Below are positions 28,199 to 37,609 of a DNA stretch of 63,002 nt, one piece after another. This DNA comes from a virus. Its lineage: Duplodnaviria; Caudoviricetes. Within the stretch, counting starts at the first letter, position 1. The number at the start of each line of letters is the position of its first letter. The stretch spans positions 1 through 63,002 of the IMG/VR virus record IMGVR_UViG_3300027782_000083, one strand, 5' to 3'. The position numbers were made by a program, and so were the translations under genes. The notes beneath the pieces are model-generated. The model did not search any database. It was not told the origin of the DNA and saw nothing but the letters and a program-made list of their open reading frames with translations.

Positions 28199-30733
28199 AA
28201 TGACTATATATAGCGGAGTAATGATTAGAAAACAGTATTTTGAAATTGAAGTTGAGGCCGATGACCAAGATCAGGCAAGAGATTTAATCATGGATGCAGA
28301 GATTGAAAACGATTCCTATGAAACTGATTGGGAATTTTTTGAAGGAAGTATTACAGAAGTTGTGAAAGATATTGAAAAAACTTAACGGGAGATTGAAATG
28401 CCAACATATAGAGTAGTTTACGCAAGCTATTGCACCGAGATTGTCGAGGCCGAGAGCCAACAAGATGCCATTGATTTAGCAGAGGCGCAGTTTAGCCCTA
28501 CTTATGAATGGCACATGATTGAGGCCGATATAGATGAATCGTATAAGGAGAGTGAAAATGCTTAAACGATTTGTTAATTGGTTTGATGAAGGTTTAGATC
28601 AGTTTTACGGGGACAATAACCAAGGACTGATTTATGGTATTTATCACTATGAAGATCCAACGGATTTTCCTACTGAAGTGGAATGGTTTAAAACCGAACA
28701 GGAGAGAGCAAATGCCTAATTACACAGTCGTATTCGTATCGTATGGGTATGTAAATGTTAAGGCGGATAACCAAGATGATGCAATTGCTAAAGCCCATGA
28801 AGAATCTACATGGGATCATTTTGATACACCTGAATACATAAGAGTAGAGGAAAACGCAGATGCTTAATTACTTTTATGACAAAGACTCAGGAGTATATGA
28901 ACTGTATTACGGGGACGCAATGATTGTTGAATTACCTTATGCAGACCATATGACAGATCAGGATGCCGACAATTTGGCTAATGAATTATTTAATCAATAT
29001 ATGGAGAACAAAAATGCCTAAGATTATTAATTACAGCGTTTCTTATCATTGGTCAGACAATACACAAGAGAGAGTTTTTATTTGTGCAGAAGATCCAAGA
29101 CAATGTGGAGATTTATACCCTCCTGAGTATTTGTTGGAGGCGTTGGGAAAATACGCAAAAAATTTAGAGGAGAATGAAAATGCCTAAATATTTTGTGATT
29201 TTTACCGAGGAATCCACGAAGGATCATGGTTTTTATGTTGATGCTGAAAGCAAGGAAGAGGCTCACCAGATAGCACAAGAGAAGTATTACGCGATGGAAG
29301 ATGCCGATTCTATTAATACAACCTATTCAAATACTTTAGGAAGTGAGGTACAAGATGCTTAATTGGGAAGATCAATTTGATGCGTGGGATGCCAAGTATC
29401 AACCAATAAAAAATCATTTTGCAGAAAAACAACAAGGTAAGTTTGTCGAAGATAAGTTTGAAACTTATGGGAAAGAACTTGATTATGTATTGAGCATAGC
29501 CAATACTGAACCCGCGCGCGTATGGACTTTAGTGGATGGCGATGATGGCAATCTCTATATCGCTAGTGGGTATCACCTAGTTAATAGGGTTAATTACTTT
29601 ATTACCAAAAACCCATGCGAATTGGAGTTTGAAGAATACCCTTACTATATTTTTGACGAAGAAGAGGAAGAAGAAGATGAGTTATGACTCAGATTTTGAA
29701 AATACTTACATGGTCGAATTTGCATCAGGCAGAACAATTCATGTGGGCCAATTTACAGTTAAAGATGTAATTGAATACTGTGCTGATGAGTATGAAAACG
29801 AAGTTATTAAATCAATTTACGAAGAAGTTTATGTCGCGGGAGAAGATGATGAAAACAATGATTGAGGTTGATTTACCTGTTGGTGTATCAAAGGCCGAGG
29901 CAGAAGGCGCAGTCAAGCGCGCTTTTGATCCTAATTGGGTGGCAGAATGGTGGCATATTGATGACATTATTGAGCAAGATAATGGCGCAGAAGATGAACC
30001 ATATAGCGATTTAACAGAAGATGAGGCGCGGGAAGTATTGCGCCTAATGATTAAAGAACATAATTGTGAAATAGGTATTAATTGGGATGTCATAGACGCA
30101 TGGATTGACCATGTTAAAGGCCTAAGAAAGGAAATAGCATGAATAGCGATCTATTAGATGAGTATTGCGAGGCAGAATTTGGTCATGCTGATTGGTCTAT
30201 GTCATGGGATGATGTTGGGAATTTGGTTATTACTTTTCATAAAGAACCAAGGCCAGACTATATTGAAGAATTAGAAAGCGAAAAGGACTATGACGAAGAA
30301 CCTCCCGTTCAGGTGCGGATGCGTAAAGATTTAGCCGAGGAAGGTATTACAATTCCTGCTGGCAAGAGTTGGTCTGTCTATGACAATCTAGAGGATGTTA
30401 TCTACCTAAGCGCAAAAGATTTAGAGGGTGCAGTCGAGTGTGATACAGGCGAAGATCCTGATAGCCATGCTTTTTGCCCTGTAAAACTAGCAGATGGCAG
30501 AGTCTATTACATGATTGGAGTTGATCTGGATTGGATTCATGAGGATAAAGATGCCTAAAGACTACGAAGTTACCCTTTATTACGCGGGATCAACTACCAT
30601 TACTGTAACCGCACCAGATGAAGATGAGGCCATTGAATTAGCCCATGATAGATTGGCTGACCTGATTGACATGGATTTGATTGATGTAACAGACACAGAA
30701 TCATGCCAAGTAGATGGGAGTTACGATGATTAA
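28191..30733 (+). CDS. Array of small acidic early genes (28191-28385, 28398-28565, 28558-28719, 28712-28867, 28860-29021, 29014-29187, 29180-29362, 29355-29687, 29677-29865, ~29846-30142, 30139-30558, 30551-30733)
   Basis: Coupled ORFs; five carry a V-x-A-x-[SDN]-x-x-[ED]-A-like DpnD/PcfM-type motif. Confidence 0.6.
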
Positions 30734-31118
30734 CCTTAAGGAAGGTCGAGGAAAAGTGCCAATTAGAAATAGCACCGATCATGAGGCCACCCCTTATCTA
30801 TTGGTGGACTTCCCTACGCGGGAAGAGTTTGATGTGATGTATGCTAGGCACAAGGATCAAGCATTGAAGGATAAGTATTGGGATATCCTTCAGCACCGAT
30901 CACAAGGCAAGACTTTAGAACAGTCTGGTAAACCATTTGGCATTACACGAGAGCGGGTCAGACAGATCGAGGCCAAGTTTCAACGCAAAGTCTGTGAAAA
31001 ATATTGGTCGCAGACTGAGGCTAATTTGTCTAAGATATGCGGACTTTTGAATCTAGTAAAAACTTCTTTAGATTCTGAGATGCACGAAATGTTCCCACTC
31101 TCTGATGATAATCGTTGA
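30726..31118 (+). CDS. Sigma70 region-4 HTH protein
   Basis: GKTLEQSGKPFGITRERVRQIEAK. Confidence 0.7.
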   Translation: MINLKEGRGKVPIRNSTDHEATPYLLVDFPTREEFDVMYARHKDQALKDKYWDILQHRSQGKTLEQSGKPFGITRERVRQIEAKFQRKVCEKYWSQTEANLSKICGLLNLVKTSLDSEMHEMFPLSDDNR

Positions 31119-31863
31119 AATCGTCCCCGACTGTTTCGGACAACCAATAAGGATGGCCTGTATCTTTGGCAGACTTCTCTCCGATACTGTTGGGGTCATT
31201 GTCAGCAATGATGATCCCATTCCCAACTGCCCTCGCTATGTACTTCATGTTACTTGCACTAAAGCAAACATAGATCGTATAGCGGATATTACACGCCTTC
31301 ATACATTCCCTAACAGAGATCGCAGTCGAGTAACCCTCGCAAAATATCGGGACTCCTTTTGCGTTCATGCAGAAGGATGCACCTTTGGTCGTTTGACCAT
31401 GCAAGAACTTCTTATTCCCCTCATGATCGATGAGTTGAACTCCCACCAATCTGTTATCCATCCTCATGGGTATAACTAGGATGTCATTACCATCTTTAGT
31501 CCATACATTACCCATCTCATCTGGGAATCCCTTGGATGCCAAGTATGGATGGCTCTTTAACTCAGTCTGATGCAAGATCCAACCCGCTTTTTTAGATGCG
31601 CGTTCAGCAGATTCTTTAGCACGATGCCTAGATTCTTCAATACTTTTCTGGATCTGCGGGCTATTAATCGAATGGCCTTCGGCAAACCATGTAGCTGGCT
31701 TATCCATGGTAGCCCAATTCTGCACCCATCCTACATTACCCAAGAACTTATACCGCCCGTTACTACTGCGAGGCTTATCTTCTGTTGGAGTTGGAATCCA
31801 GCGGTCTAATTGGATACCACTCAATATGAGGCCATGTTGTTTTGCAAAGTCTTCAAATCTCAT
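31030..31863 (-). CDS. TOPRIM-domain primase
   Basis: HPYLASKG, LVGVQLI...KKFL, CEGYSTA, IIADND, DFND. Confidence 0.8.
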   Translation of the reverse strand: MRFEDFAKQHGLILSGIQLDRWIPTPTEDKPRSSNGRYKFLGNVGWVQNWATMDKPATWFAEGHSINSPQIQKSIEESRHRAKESAERASKKAGWILHQTELKSHPYLASKGFPDEMGNVWTKDGNDILVIPMRMDNRLVGVQLIDHEGNKKFLHGQTTKGASFCMNAKGVPIFCEGYSTAISVRECMKACNIRYTIYVCFSASNMKYIARAVGNGIIIADNDPNSIGEKSAKDTGHPYWLSETVGDDFNDYHQRVGTFRASQNLKKFLLDSKVRIS

Positions 31864-32048
31864 TTAACCTCCAGCAGATCTTCAATCTTGATACCGCGAT
31901 CTGCCAATCCTTTTCTGAATTTCTCCATGGCTTTCTTCTCTATGTTCATCACAGTATTTTTGCAAAGATCCATCTTCTTAGCAACCTCTGACTGACTCAT
32001 AACATAATCTGTAGGTAATGCTTTTACATTAGGATTCATGTTTTTCAT
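31860..32048 (-). CDS. Small sigma region-4-like HTH protein
   Basis: MSQSEVAKKMDLCKNTVMNIEKKAMEKFR. Confidence 0.6.
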   Translation of the reverse strand: MKNMNPNVKALPTDYVMSQSEVAKKMDLCKNTVMNIEKKAMEKFRKGLADRGIKIEDLLEVK

Positions 32049-32292
32049 GCCCTATATGAACGTACTTGCCATTCTCATCTTCGGGTACGTCAAAATCATA
32101 ATCTTCAAAATTATCATCAAACAATATATAGCTTTGATGCCCTGACATAAACCCCTGCACTACGTATTTAAAATCAGGATCATCATAAGCCCATGGAGCA
32201 TCTAATTCATATCCAGATTTACCGCAAAAGAACCCATAAGCGTATGCTTCCATTCTTTCATAATCTCTTTGGTTTAATTTTCTATCTTTCAT
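32029..32292 (-). CDS. Hypothetical protein
   Basis: Start MKDRKL, ATGA-coupled. Confidence 0.45.
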   Translation of the reverse strand: MKDRKLNQRDYERMEAYAYGFFCGKSGYELDAPWAYDDPDFKYVVQGFMSGHQSYILFDDNFEDYDFDVPEDENGKYVHIGHEKHES

Positions 32293-33776
32293 GCTGTTTT
32301 CCTTCCCTTTTGCGTTCCTTTTACCCATGCTATGTTCTTGTGCTTAACCCAATTATTAGTGGTCAAGGATGGGATGCGCGTTGTATGCACTAGGCCTTTA
32401 GGCCATACACCAAACTTCTCTCGGTACTTATGGCTTGCCCAATTAGGGTTATAGTTTTTGGATTGAGCAATATGTAATAGCTCTGAATAGAACATCTGCT
32501 TTTCGTTTTGATCTGTCTTACCCACACTACCAAGCGCAATCAACTCACCAGCGATTACATCAATCTGTTTCTTTTGTTTTACATGACCACAAGCAGAGCA
32601 AGTATCACTACCTTTAGGCCATAGCGCGGAGCATACAGGACACTTCTGTTCTTTCTTTTCCTTTTCAGTAGGCTCTTTCTTAGTCTTCTCTTCTTTATTG
32701 TGAAGATCTTGGACACCTTCTTCGTAAATTTTATCCCACTCATCCCTGAATCTAATGTAATTACCTGAGTGATCCAACCAAAGGGCAAACTCTTTCCCTT
32801 CGCATGGTCGCATAACGCGCCCTATCTGCTGAATGTGAGAACTAAGTGACTTACTAAATGGGCGAGCTGATACCCCAACCATAACATCAGGGACATCAAA
32901 CCCACGAGTAAGAATATCAGTAGCGATAAGCCCATGAATACTTGTGTCGGGCTTGGCGAAATCCTCGATGGCAGCCTTTTTAAATTCATCATTATCCTTG
33001 TATGAAATTGAAACAAAGTTATAACCTTTATTGGCAAACTGTTGAACTAAGTCTGCCCCGTGTGCTACACCAGCGCAGAACACAATAGTCTTACGAGGCC
33101 TTCCAAATATTTCATGGGTTTTTCTAATCCATTCAGTAACAATATCCCCTGTGATCTGCATACCGCGTTCTGTTACTTGGTCTGGACTCCATTCACCAGC
33201 CACCTTCTTTACCCCTGTCATGTCAATCTCTTTAGAGATAAATACTTTTAGGGGTGCAAGCCATGAACCATTGACCAAAGCGCCCGTTGTAGAGGCGCAG
33301 ATAACATTGGTATAGATCTTCCCCAGCCCTTTAGTAAAAGGGGTAGCGGTCAATCCAATAACTTTTAACTTGGGGTTTTCTGTAATCAGTTCGGTGATCT
33401 TTTTACGGGTAATGTGGCATTCATCCACAATCAATAGATCAATATCGGGGAACTGATTCCTGCGCTCTAGGGTTTGTGCAGAGCATACCTGGATACGCTC
33501 TGAAGTGTCATACTTCCAATGATTAGCTTGGTATACGCCATGTCTAATCCTGTATTTAGATAGTCGTAGGCTTGTCTGGTCTACCAATACAATACGATCT
33601 AAGATCATGGATGACTTCTTGTAGTTGTCTGAGGTAGCCTTCATCAAGGAGATGGCTACTTCAGTCTTACCGAATCCTGTTGGTGCATAGAGTAACTGCG
33701 CTCTATGACCCGCTTTAAACCCATCTCTTAGTGCATCGATGACCCATTGCTGATGCTCGCGTAACTTTAATTCCAT
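32289..33776 (-). CDS. SF2 (DExH) helicase with C-terminal Zn ribbon
   Basis: APTGFGKT, VDECH, GLTATP, QQIGRVMR, CPVC...CSACG. Confidence 0.9.
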   Translation of the reverse strand: MELKLREHQQWVIDALRDGFKAGHRAQLLYAPTGFGKTEVAISLMKATSDNYKKSSMILDRIVLVDQTSLRLSKYRIRHGVYQANHWKYDTSERIQVCSAQTLERRNQFPDIDLLIVDECHITRKKITELITENPKLKVIGLTATPFTKGLGKIYTNVICASTTGALVNGSWLAPLKVFISKEIDMTGVKKVAGEWSPDQVTERGMQITGDIVTEWIRKTHEIFGRPRKTIVFCAGVAHGADLVQQFANKGYNFVSISYKDNDEFKKAAIEDFAKPDTSIHGLIATDILTRGFDVPDVMVGVSARPFSKSLSSHIQQIGRVMRPCEGKEFALWLDHSGNYIRFRDEWDKIYEEGVQDLHNKEEKTKKEPTEKEKKEQKCPVCSALWPKGSDTCSACGHVKQKKQIDVIAGELIALGSVGKTDQNEKQMFYSELLHIAQSKNYNPNWASHKYREKFGVWPKGLVHTTRIPSLTTNNWVKHKNIAWVKGTQKGRKTA

Positions 33777-33816
33777 TATGTTCCTTAACTTCCGCAAACC
33801 CTGCGGTGTGGGTGTC

Positions 33817-34002
33817 TTATTCTGTTCTTTGTTTTAATGCCTGCTCTGTTATTGATTCATACAACATAAATGATAACTCTCGTAAAGCAAAAGCGGTGTC
33901 GGCTGCCTTGGTAAAATCACGTTGGTTTGCCTGTTCTTGAACCGCTCTTAACAATCTATGAGCTTTAATTGTATATAGAGAATAGTCTTCAAAGCTCATC
34001 AT
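33817..34002 (-). CDS. Hypothetical protein
   Basis: Coupled ORF. Confidence 0.45.
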   Translation of the reverse strand: MMSFEDYSLYTIKAHRLLRAVQEQANQRDFTKAADTAFALRELSFMLYESITEQALKQRTE

Positions 34003-34841
34003 TCACCTTTCTTTTTTTTCTTCATTGAGTTGATTGTCTTTATAAGTTCCGCATTTCTATTCTGAAACATGTCGCGACTCTCTCGTAATGCCTGATTGTC
34101 GATTTCCAGAATACGGATTTGTTCTCTAAGATTCGCAACAGTCTCTTCAATATCAATCTTCTCGATCTCTGATGCGTTCCATTGACCAATCGCGATCTTA
34201 TCTCTGAGAATCGTGTTTTCATCCGCCAGACTTTCGATGGTGTCAATAAGTTCACGCATCTTTTCTTCCGTTGGATCGTAAGCTTTCTCACTTGGTTCAT
34301 CTTTTGTTTCCTCTTTAGGTTCATCCTTTGGCTTCTTGCCAATCTTGGATGTATCCATAGTGGATTCGTTGCCATGCTTATCTACATAGGTCTTCATTAC
34401 CTTTGTTGATAGCGGTTCTCTTTCTTTCTTTACACGCCCTACTGTCATGGCTGATACGCCAATGTGCTTGGCTATCTGTGCGTTAGACCATGTGCTCCAC
34501 TTTGGATGCTTGAGCATAATCTCAATGGATCTGCGGTAGTCCTCCGCGCTCATGTTTAGGCCATGCTTGTTACTTCCAAGAGCAAATAATGTGGCATCTT
34601 CTATCGTGCCATTGATTACATTGGCCTTGATAGTTGTTGATCCACGCTGTCTTTCAGAAGATAGGCGATGGAATCCTTCGGCTAACCATGTGCTTGATCC
34701 ATCAAAGAATACTGTGATGGGTGGGAACTCAACCCCATCATCCATTTGTTGCGCGTATTCGTTTACCTTATCAAGGTTTAACTCTTTGCGTATCTGCGTA
34801 CCACCATCGATACGTATATCGGATATGTTTATTTCTTTCAT
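33999..34841 (-). CDS. ParB/Srx-like N-terminal domain plus HTH protein
   Basis: TQIR...VNEYA...FPPITVF...LAEGFHR; WSNAQIAKHIGVSAMTVGRVK HTH. Confidence 0.75.
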   Translation of the reverse strand: MKEINISDIRIDGGTQIRKELNLDKVNEYAQQMDDGVEFPPITVFFDGSSTWLAEGFHRLSSERQRGSTTIKANVINGTIEDATLFALGSNKHGLNMSAEDYRRSIEIMLKHPKWSTWSNAQIAKHIGVSAMTVGRVKKEREPLSTKVMKTYVDKHGNESTMDTSKIGKKPKDEPKEETKDEPSEKAYDPTEEKMRELIDTIESLADENTILRDKIAIGQWNASEIEKIDIEETVANLREQIRILEIDNQALRESRDMFQNRNAELIKTINSMKKKKKGE

Positions 34842-34878
34842 TTTCTTTCCTAGCAATTGGTCTTACAGTATATCAAAA

Positions 34879-35052
34879 TTAATCTTTGTAACCTACTAAA
34901 TCTGTTGCATCATCAGTTATCAAATAGCCGATGCTACCCGCGTTATCCCGTAATGCTTGAGATATTACTTCGTGCAACAGTGCCACGTTGATATTTGAAG
35001 TCGATACCAGCTTGGCGGTGTAAATCAGTTCCCAATTTTTAAAGTTTTCCAC
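34879..35052 (-). CDS. Small hypothetical protein (57 aa, GTG start)
   Basis: Not in the ORF track; SD AAGGGAG, MENFKNWELIY... Confidence 0.4.
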   Translation of the reverse strand: MENFKNWELIYTAKLVSTSNINVALLHEVISQALRDNAGSIGYLITDDATDLVGYKD

Positions 35053-35099
35053 ACGTACTCCCTTTAGTTATATATGTAACATTAACGCGATAAAGCAAG

Positions 35100-35351
35100 A
35101 TGCTGATTGGTGAACGCACTCCAGCCTCCCAGAGTGCGCCTTTAACTGTATGCTTATTGGAGCCACAGCACTCGCCAGACTTTCGTAGAATCGGATCTAA
35201 GCTTCGCCACCGATTTGTGCGCTGTTACATCTACTATCCCCCAGTTGCGCTTGTATCTATATCGCTGGTGTTTTTAGCCGTCCGATATAAACCGCGAGGA
35301 GAACAAAGAAGACGAACGAATTTAATCGTTTGTCCACATTGTCTTCCTAGC
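35100..35351 (-). ncRNA. Candidate structured leader RNA with 5-codon uORF
   Basis: Several stems; no long - strand ORF; begins at a predicted promoter. Confidence 0.45.
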
Positions 35352-35357
35352 CTGAGT

Positions 35358-35386
35358 AGATTACTCGAAAGAAAAATTATTTGCAA
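35358..35386 (-). promoter_or_regulatory. Sigma70 promoter of the replication operon
   Basis: TTGCAA-N17-TAATCT. Confidence 0.55.
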
Positions 35387-35402
35387 GAGATATTTATTAA
35401 AG

Positions 35403-35513
35403 GAAAACCCCTAGAGGATTAGTCTAGGGGTTTTATGGATCGTGGATCCGAGGCTTGCGTTGCACAAGTCAACTGCTAGGAAAACAATGTGCATGTCAGA
35501 GTGTGGGCTGACA
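35403..35513 (-). ncRNA. Candidate trans-acting antisense small RNA
   Basis: Predicted promoter, three hairpins and a terminator; central loop UUCCUAGCAGUU is complementary to four RBS regions. Confidence 0.7.
35404..35434. terminator. Symmetric Rho-independent terminator
   Basis: AAAACCCCTAGA-N7-TCTAGGGGTTTT. Confidence 0.8.
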
Positions 35514-35518
35514 CACTA

Positions 35519-35548
35519 AATGTACCACAAAATACCAAAATAGGTCAA
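35519..35548 (-). promoter_or_regulatory. Promoter of the candidate sRNA
   Basis: TTGACC-N18-TACATT with TGn extension. Confidence 0.5.
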
Positions 35549-35580
35549 TATGTAGTGCTATCAAGGGTTATTAAGGGGTA

Positions 35581-35871
35581 TCAACGGGTATCAATTATTC
35601 CGTTCTCAAAGAGCCAGCCGATGGTCTTGCGGTGGGCTTCTTCCCACATTTCAACCCGTTCTGCTTTACTTAGGTGTAAACCCTGATCCAGCTTGGAATG
35701 ACACTGAAAACAGAGAGCCGCCACCCTAAAATCGTGCGCCTTCAAGGATCTCCCTTTTCCGTCACGGAGCTGGTTTGAGTGCGCAGCGCAGACTGTGCCG
35801 TCTTCTTTACCGCATGCCTGACATGGGGATTGTCTAAGTATTTCAAGTAGTTTTTTGTTTCTATAAATCAT
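35581..35871 (-). CDS. DUF1364/HNH-like Zn-binding nuclease
   Basis: CQACG...AAHSN...LCFQCH. Confidence 0.6.
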   Translation of the reverse strand: MIYRNKKLLEILRQSPCQACGKEDGTVCAAHSNQLRDGKGRSLKAHDFRVAALCFQCHSKLDQGLHLSKAERVEMWEEAHRKTIGWLFENGIIDTR

Positions 35872-36350
35872 AGTAATAAGTCATTTACATAAAGAAAGCT
35901 ACTATTGGGTATGCAAACGCATTCCTCTGTTCGCACCTCATGGTTACGTCTCATTACTTTTGTTGGATATTTACCAGAAATTAAGAAGTATAAAAATATA
36001 TCGTCAAACTCCACAAAAAACAGAGCGGAAACTTTATATTCTTTACCTTGAGCTTCTAATTTTTCAAACTTTTTTTGGCTAAATTGAAAGTCTGGGAATG
36101 TGCCAAAGTTGTGAAACCTTCTACGATATTCCCCAATAGCCAGCAAATTACCATCGCGGTAGAACTCCCAATCCCAAATACTAAAGTTTTCTTTGGTTTC
36201 TATATCTACCCCTAAGAACTGTTCTAGCTCTCGCCTAGCATTGGACTGGTTCATAGAGTCTTGCTCTACTTGCCAGTCCTCCTTGCGATTAAGGCCTTTT
36301 TCTATTCGTTGCAACCATATTCCTTTAGCTTCTGTCGAAGTCTTTGGCAT
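35868..36350 (-). CDS. Possible PD-(D/E)xK-fold nuclease
   Basis: WDW...IGEYRRR, FFVEFDD. Confidence 0.4.
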   Translation of the reverse strand: MPKTSTEAKGIWLQRIEKGLNRKEDWQVEQDSMNQSNARRELEQFLGVDIETKENFSIWDWEFYRDGNLLAIGEYRRRFHNFGTFPDFQFSQKKFEKLEAQGKEYKVSALFFVEFDDIFLYFLISGKYPTKVMRRNHEVRTEECVCIPNSSFLYVNDLLL

Positions 36351-36613
36351 TCGGCCTGAACAATATGAAGTTGGTGTCGGAGCATCTGTTCTGTATCTTC
36401 TTTGTCCTGTAAGGCTACCAGACCAGCAAATGGGATAGGTTCATAACTAGCGCCTGTATTAACAATATGTGGGGGTGATGCATTTACCCATTCTGCTGAC
36501 TCTATATTAAGTGCTACTGGGTCTACTGCATCTTCGTAGCCTATGTGCGCAGGTGCTTCCTCTAATATCTTTTTGTAAGCTTGTTCTTTGTCTTCACTTG
36601 TCCAAGTAGTCAT
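36302..36613 (-). CDS. Hypothetical protein
   Basis: ATGA-coupled ORF. Confidence 0.45.
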   Translation of the reverse strand: MTTWTSEDKEQAYKKILEEAPAHIGYEDAVDPVALNIESAEWVNASPPHIVNTGASYEPIPFAGLVALQDKEDTEQMLRHQLHIVQAECQRLRQKLKEYGCNE

Positions 36614-37257
36614 GTTTTAATCTCCTCAAAGTTATAAAACCATTCATCCTTAGCACTCCACTTAGCGTGGTTCTCAACGCTATATACCTCGGAAGGTATA
36701 CGAAAATCAGGGGTCTTTAAGACAGCAGGGACTAACGATACGTCATACCAAAGGCATCGATTGTTGGGTTGACATGCAAACTGCCCGTTATCCAGCTTAA
36801 TAAAGTTATACGACTTATGCTCCTCGACCCCTTCGCTAAAGCTGGTATCCAGGCGGTTTGTTTCAGGACTAGCAAAGTCTATGGTGAACAGGTAGTTACC
36901 AAAGTGAAACTGCTTATCCTTGCCAAAGAATTTAACCTTCAAACCCCGTAAGTTTGACTTTTCAATTACCGCCATGTCATATGACAAGCAATCCCATATT
37001 TGTAGATGATCTAGCGGTAGGTGATGCAACGGGTCTACGAGGACTTCTTTCCATACATACGCACTAATGGGTAGCTTGTCATACAACGCCCCGTAGTTGG
37101 TCAGCATCGACTCAATGCGGAACGCTTGACCTTTGATGGCCTTGGCGGTCATCCACACACAGGGTTCTAGTTCTCCATGCCCCTTCTCGTGGTTGTAAAG
37201 AAACTCTCTACGCACAAAGCATTTAACGGGTGGGATGTTAGCGACTAGAAATGTCAT
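36610..37257 (-). CDS. Hypothetical phage protein
   Basis: GALYDKLPISA, LQIWDC, YLFTID, LDNGQFACQPNNR. Confidence 0.6.
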   Translation of the reverse strand: MTFLVANIPPVKCFVRREFLYNHEKGHGELEPCVWMTAKAIKGQAFRIESMLTNYGALYDKLPISAYVWKEVLVDPLHHLPLDHLQIWDCLSYDMAVIEKSNLRGLKVKFFGKDKQFHFGNYLFTIDFASPETNRLDTSFSEGVEEHKSYNFIKLDNGQFACQPNNRCLWYDVSLVPAVLKTPDFRIPSEVYSVENHAKWSAKDEWFYNFEEIKT

Positions 37258-37609
37258 TTCTCTTGTGCCTTTCTTAATCTAGCCCATTCAGATTCAATGT
37301 ATTCTTCTGACAACGGCTTGGCTATCTTGATTACCCCATCCAACATATCTTCTGTGACTGTGCAAGTCCATACATGGTCGGTCTTATAAAACCGCATGAC
37401 AAAAGTGCCAACAGGAAACTCTTTAAACGCTGTCATTTCTCTTGTGCCTTTCTTGCTTGTTTAATCTCTTCTAACATCTTTTGCATCAGATCTGCGCAAT
37501 AACCCATAAAAGGAAATTTGGTTGTTCCATTAGCGACACTACGTGCCAGCCCAATAGTATTTTCAACTGTTCGTATGCTCACCTTTCTCATTTCTCTTGT
37601 ACCTTTCTT
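37253..37609 (-). repeat. Three ~23-bp junction repeats encoding RKAQEK*
   Basis: GTCATTTCTCTTGTGCCTTTCTT at 37253 and 37432; variant at 37588. Confidence 0.85.

Noticed and set aside
33805-33811. CCCACAC upstream of the helicase as a second sRNA target
   Set aside because: It has the same sense as the sRNA first loop, so it cannot pair; 7 nt may be chance.
35470-35519. + strand RBS and gene at the AACTGCTAGGAA copy
   Set aside because: The ATG at 35487 opens only 10 codons; the element reads better as the antisense loop of a - strand RNA.
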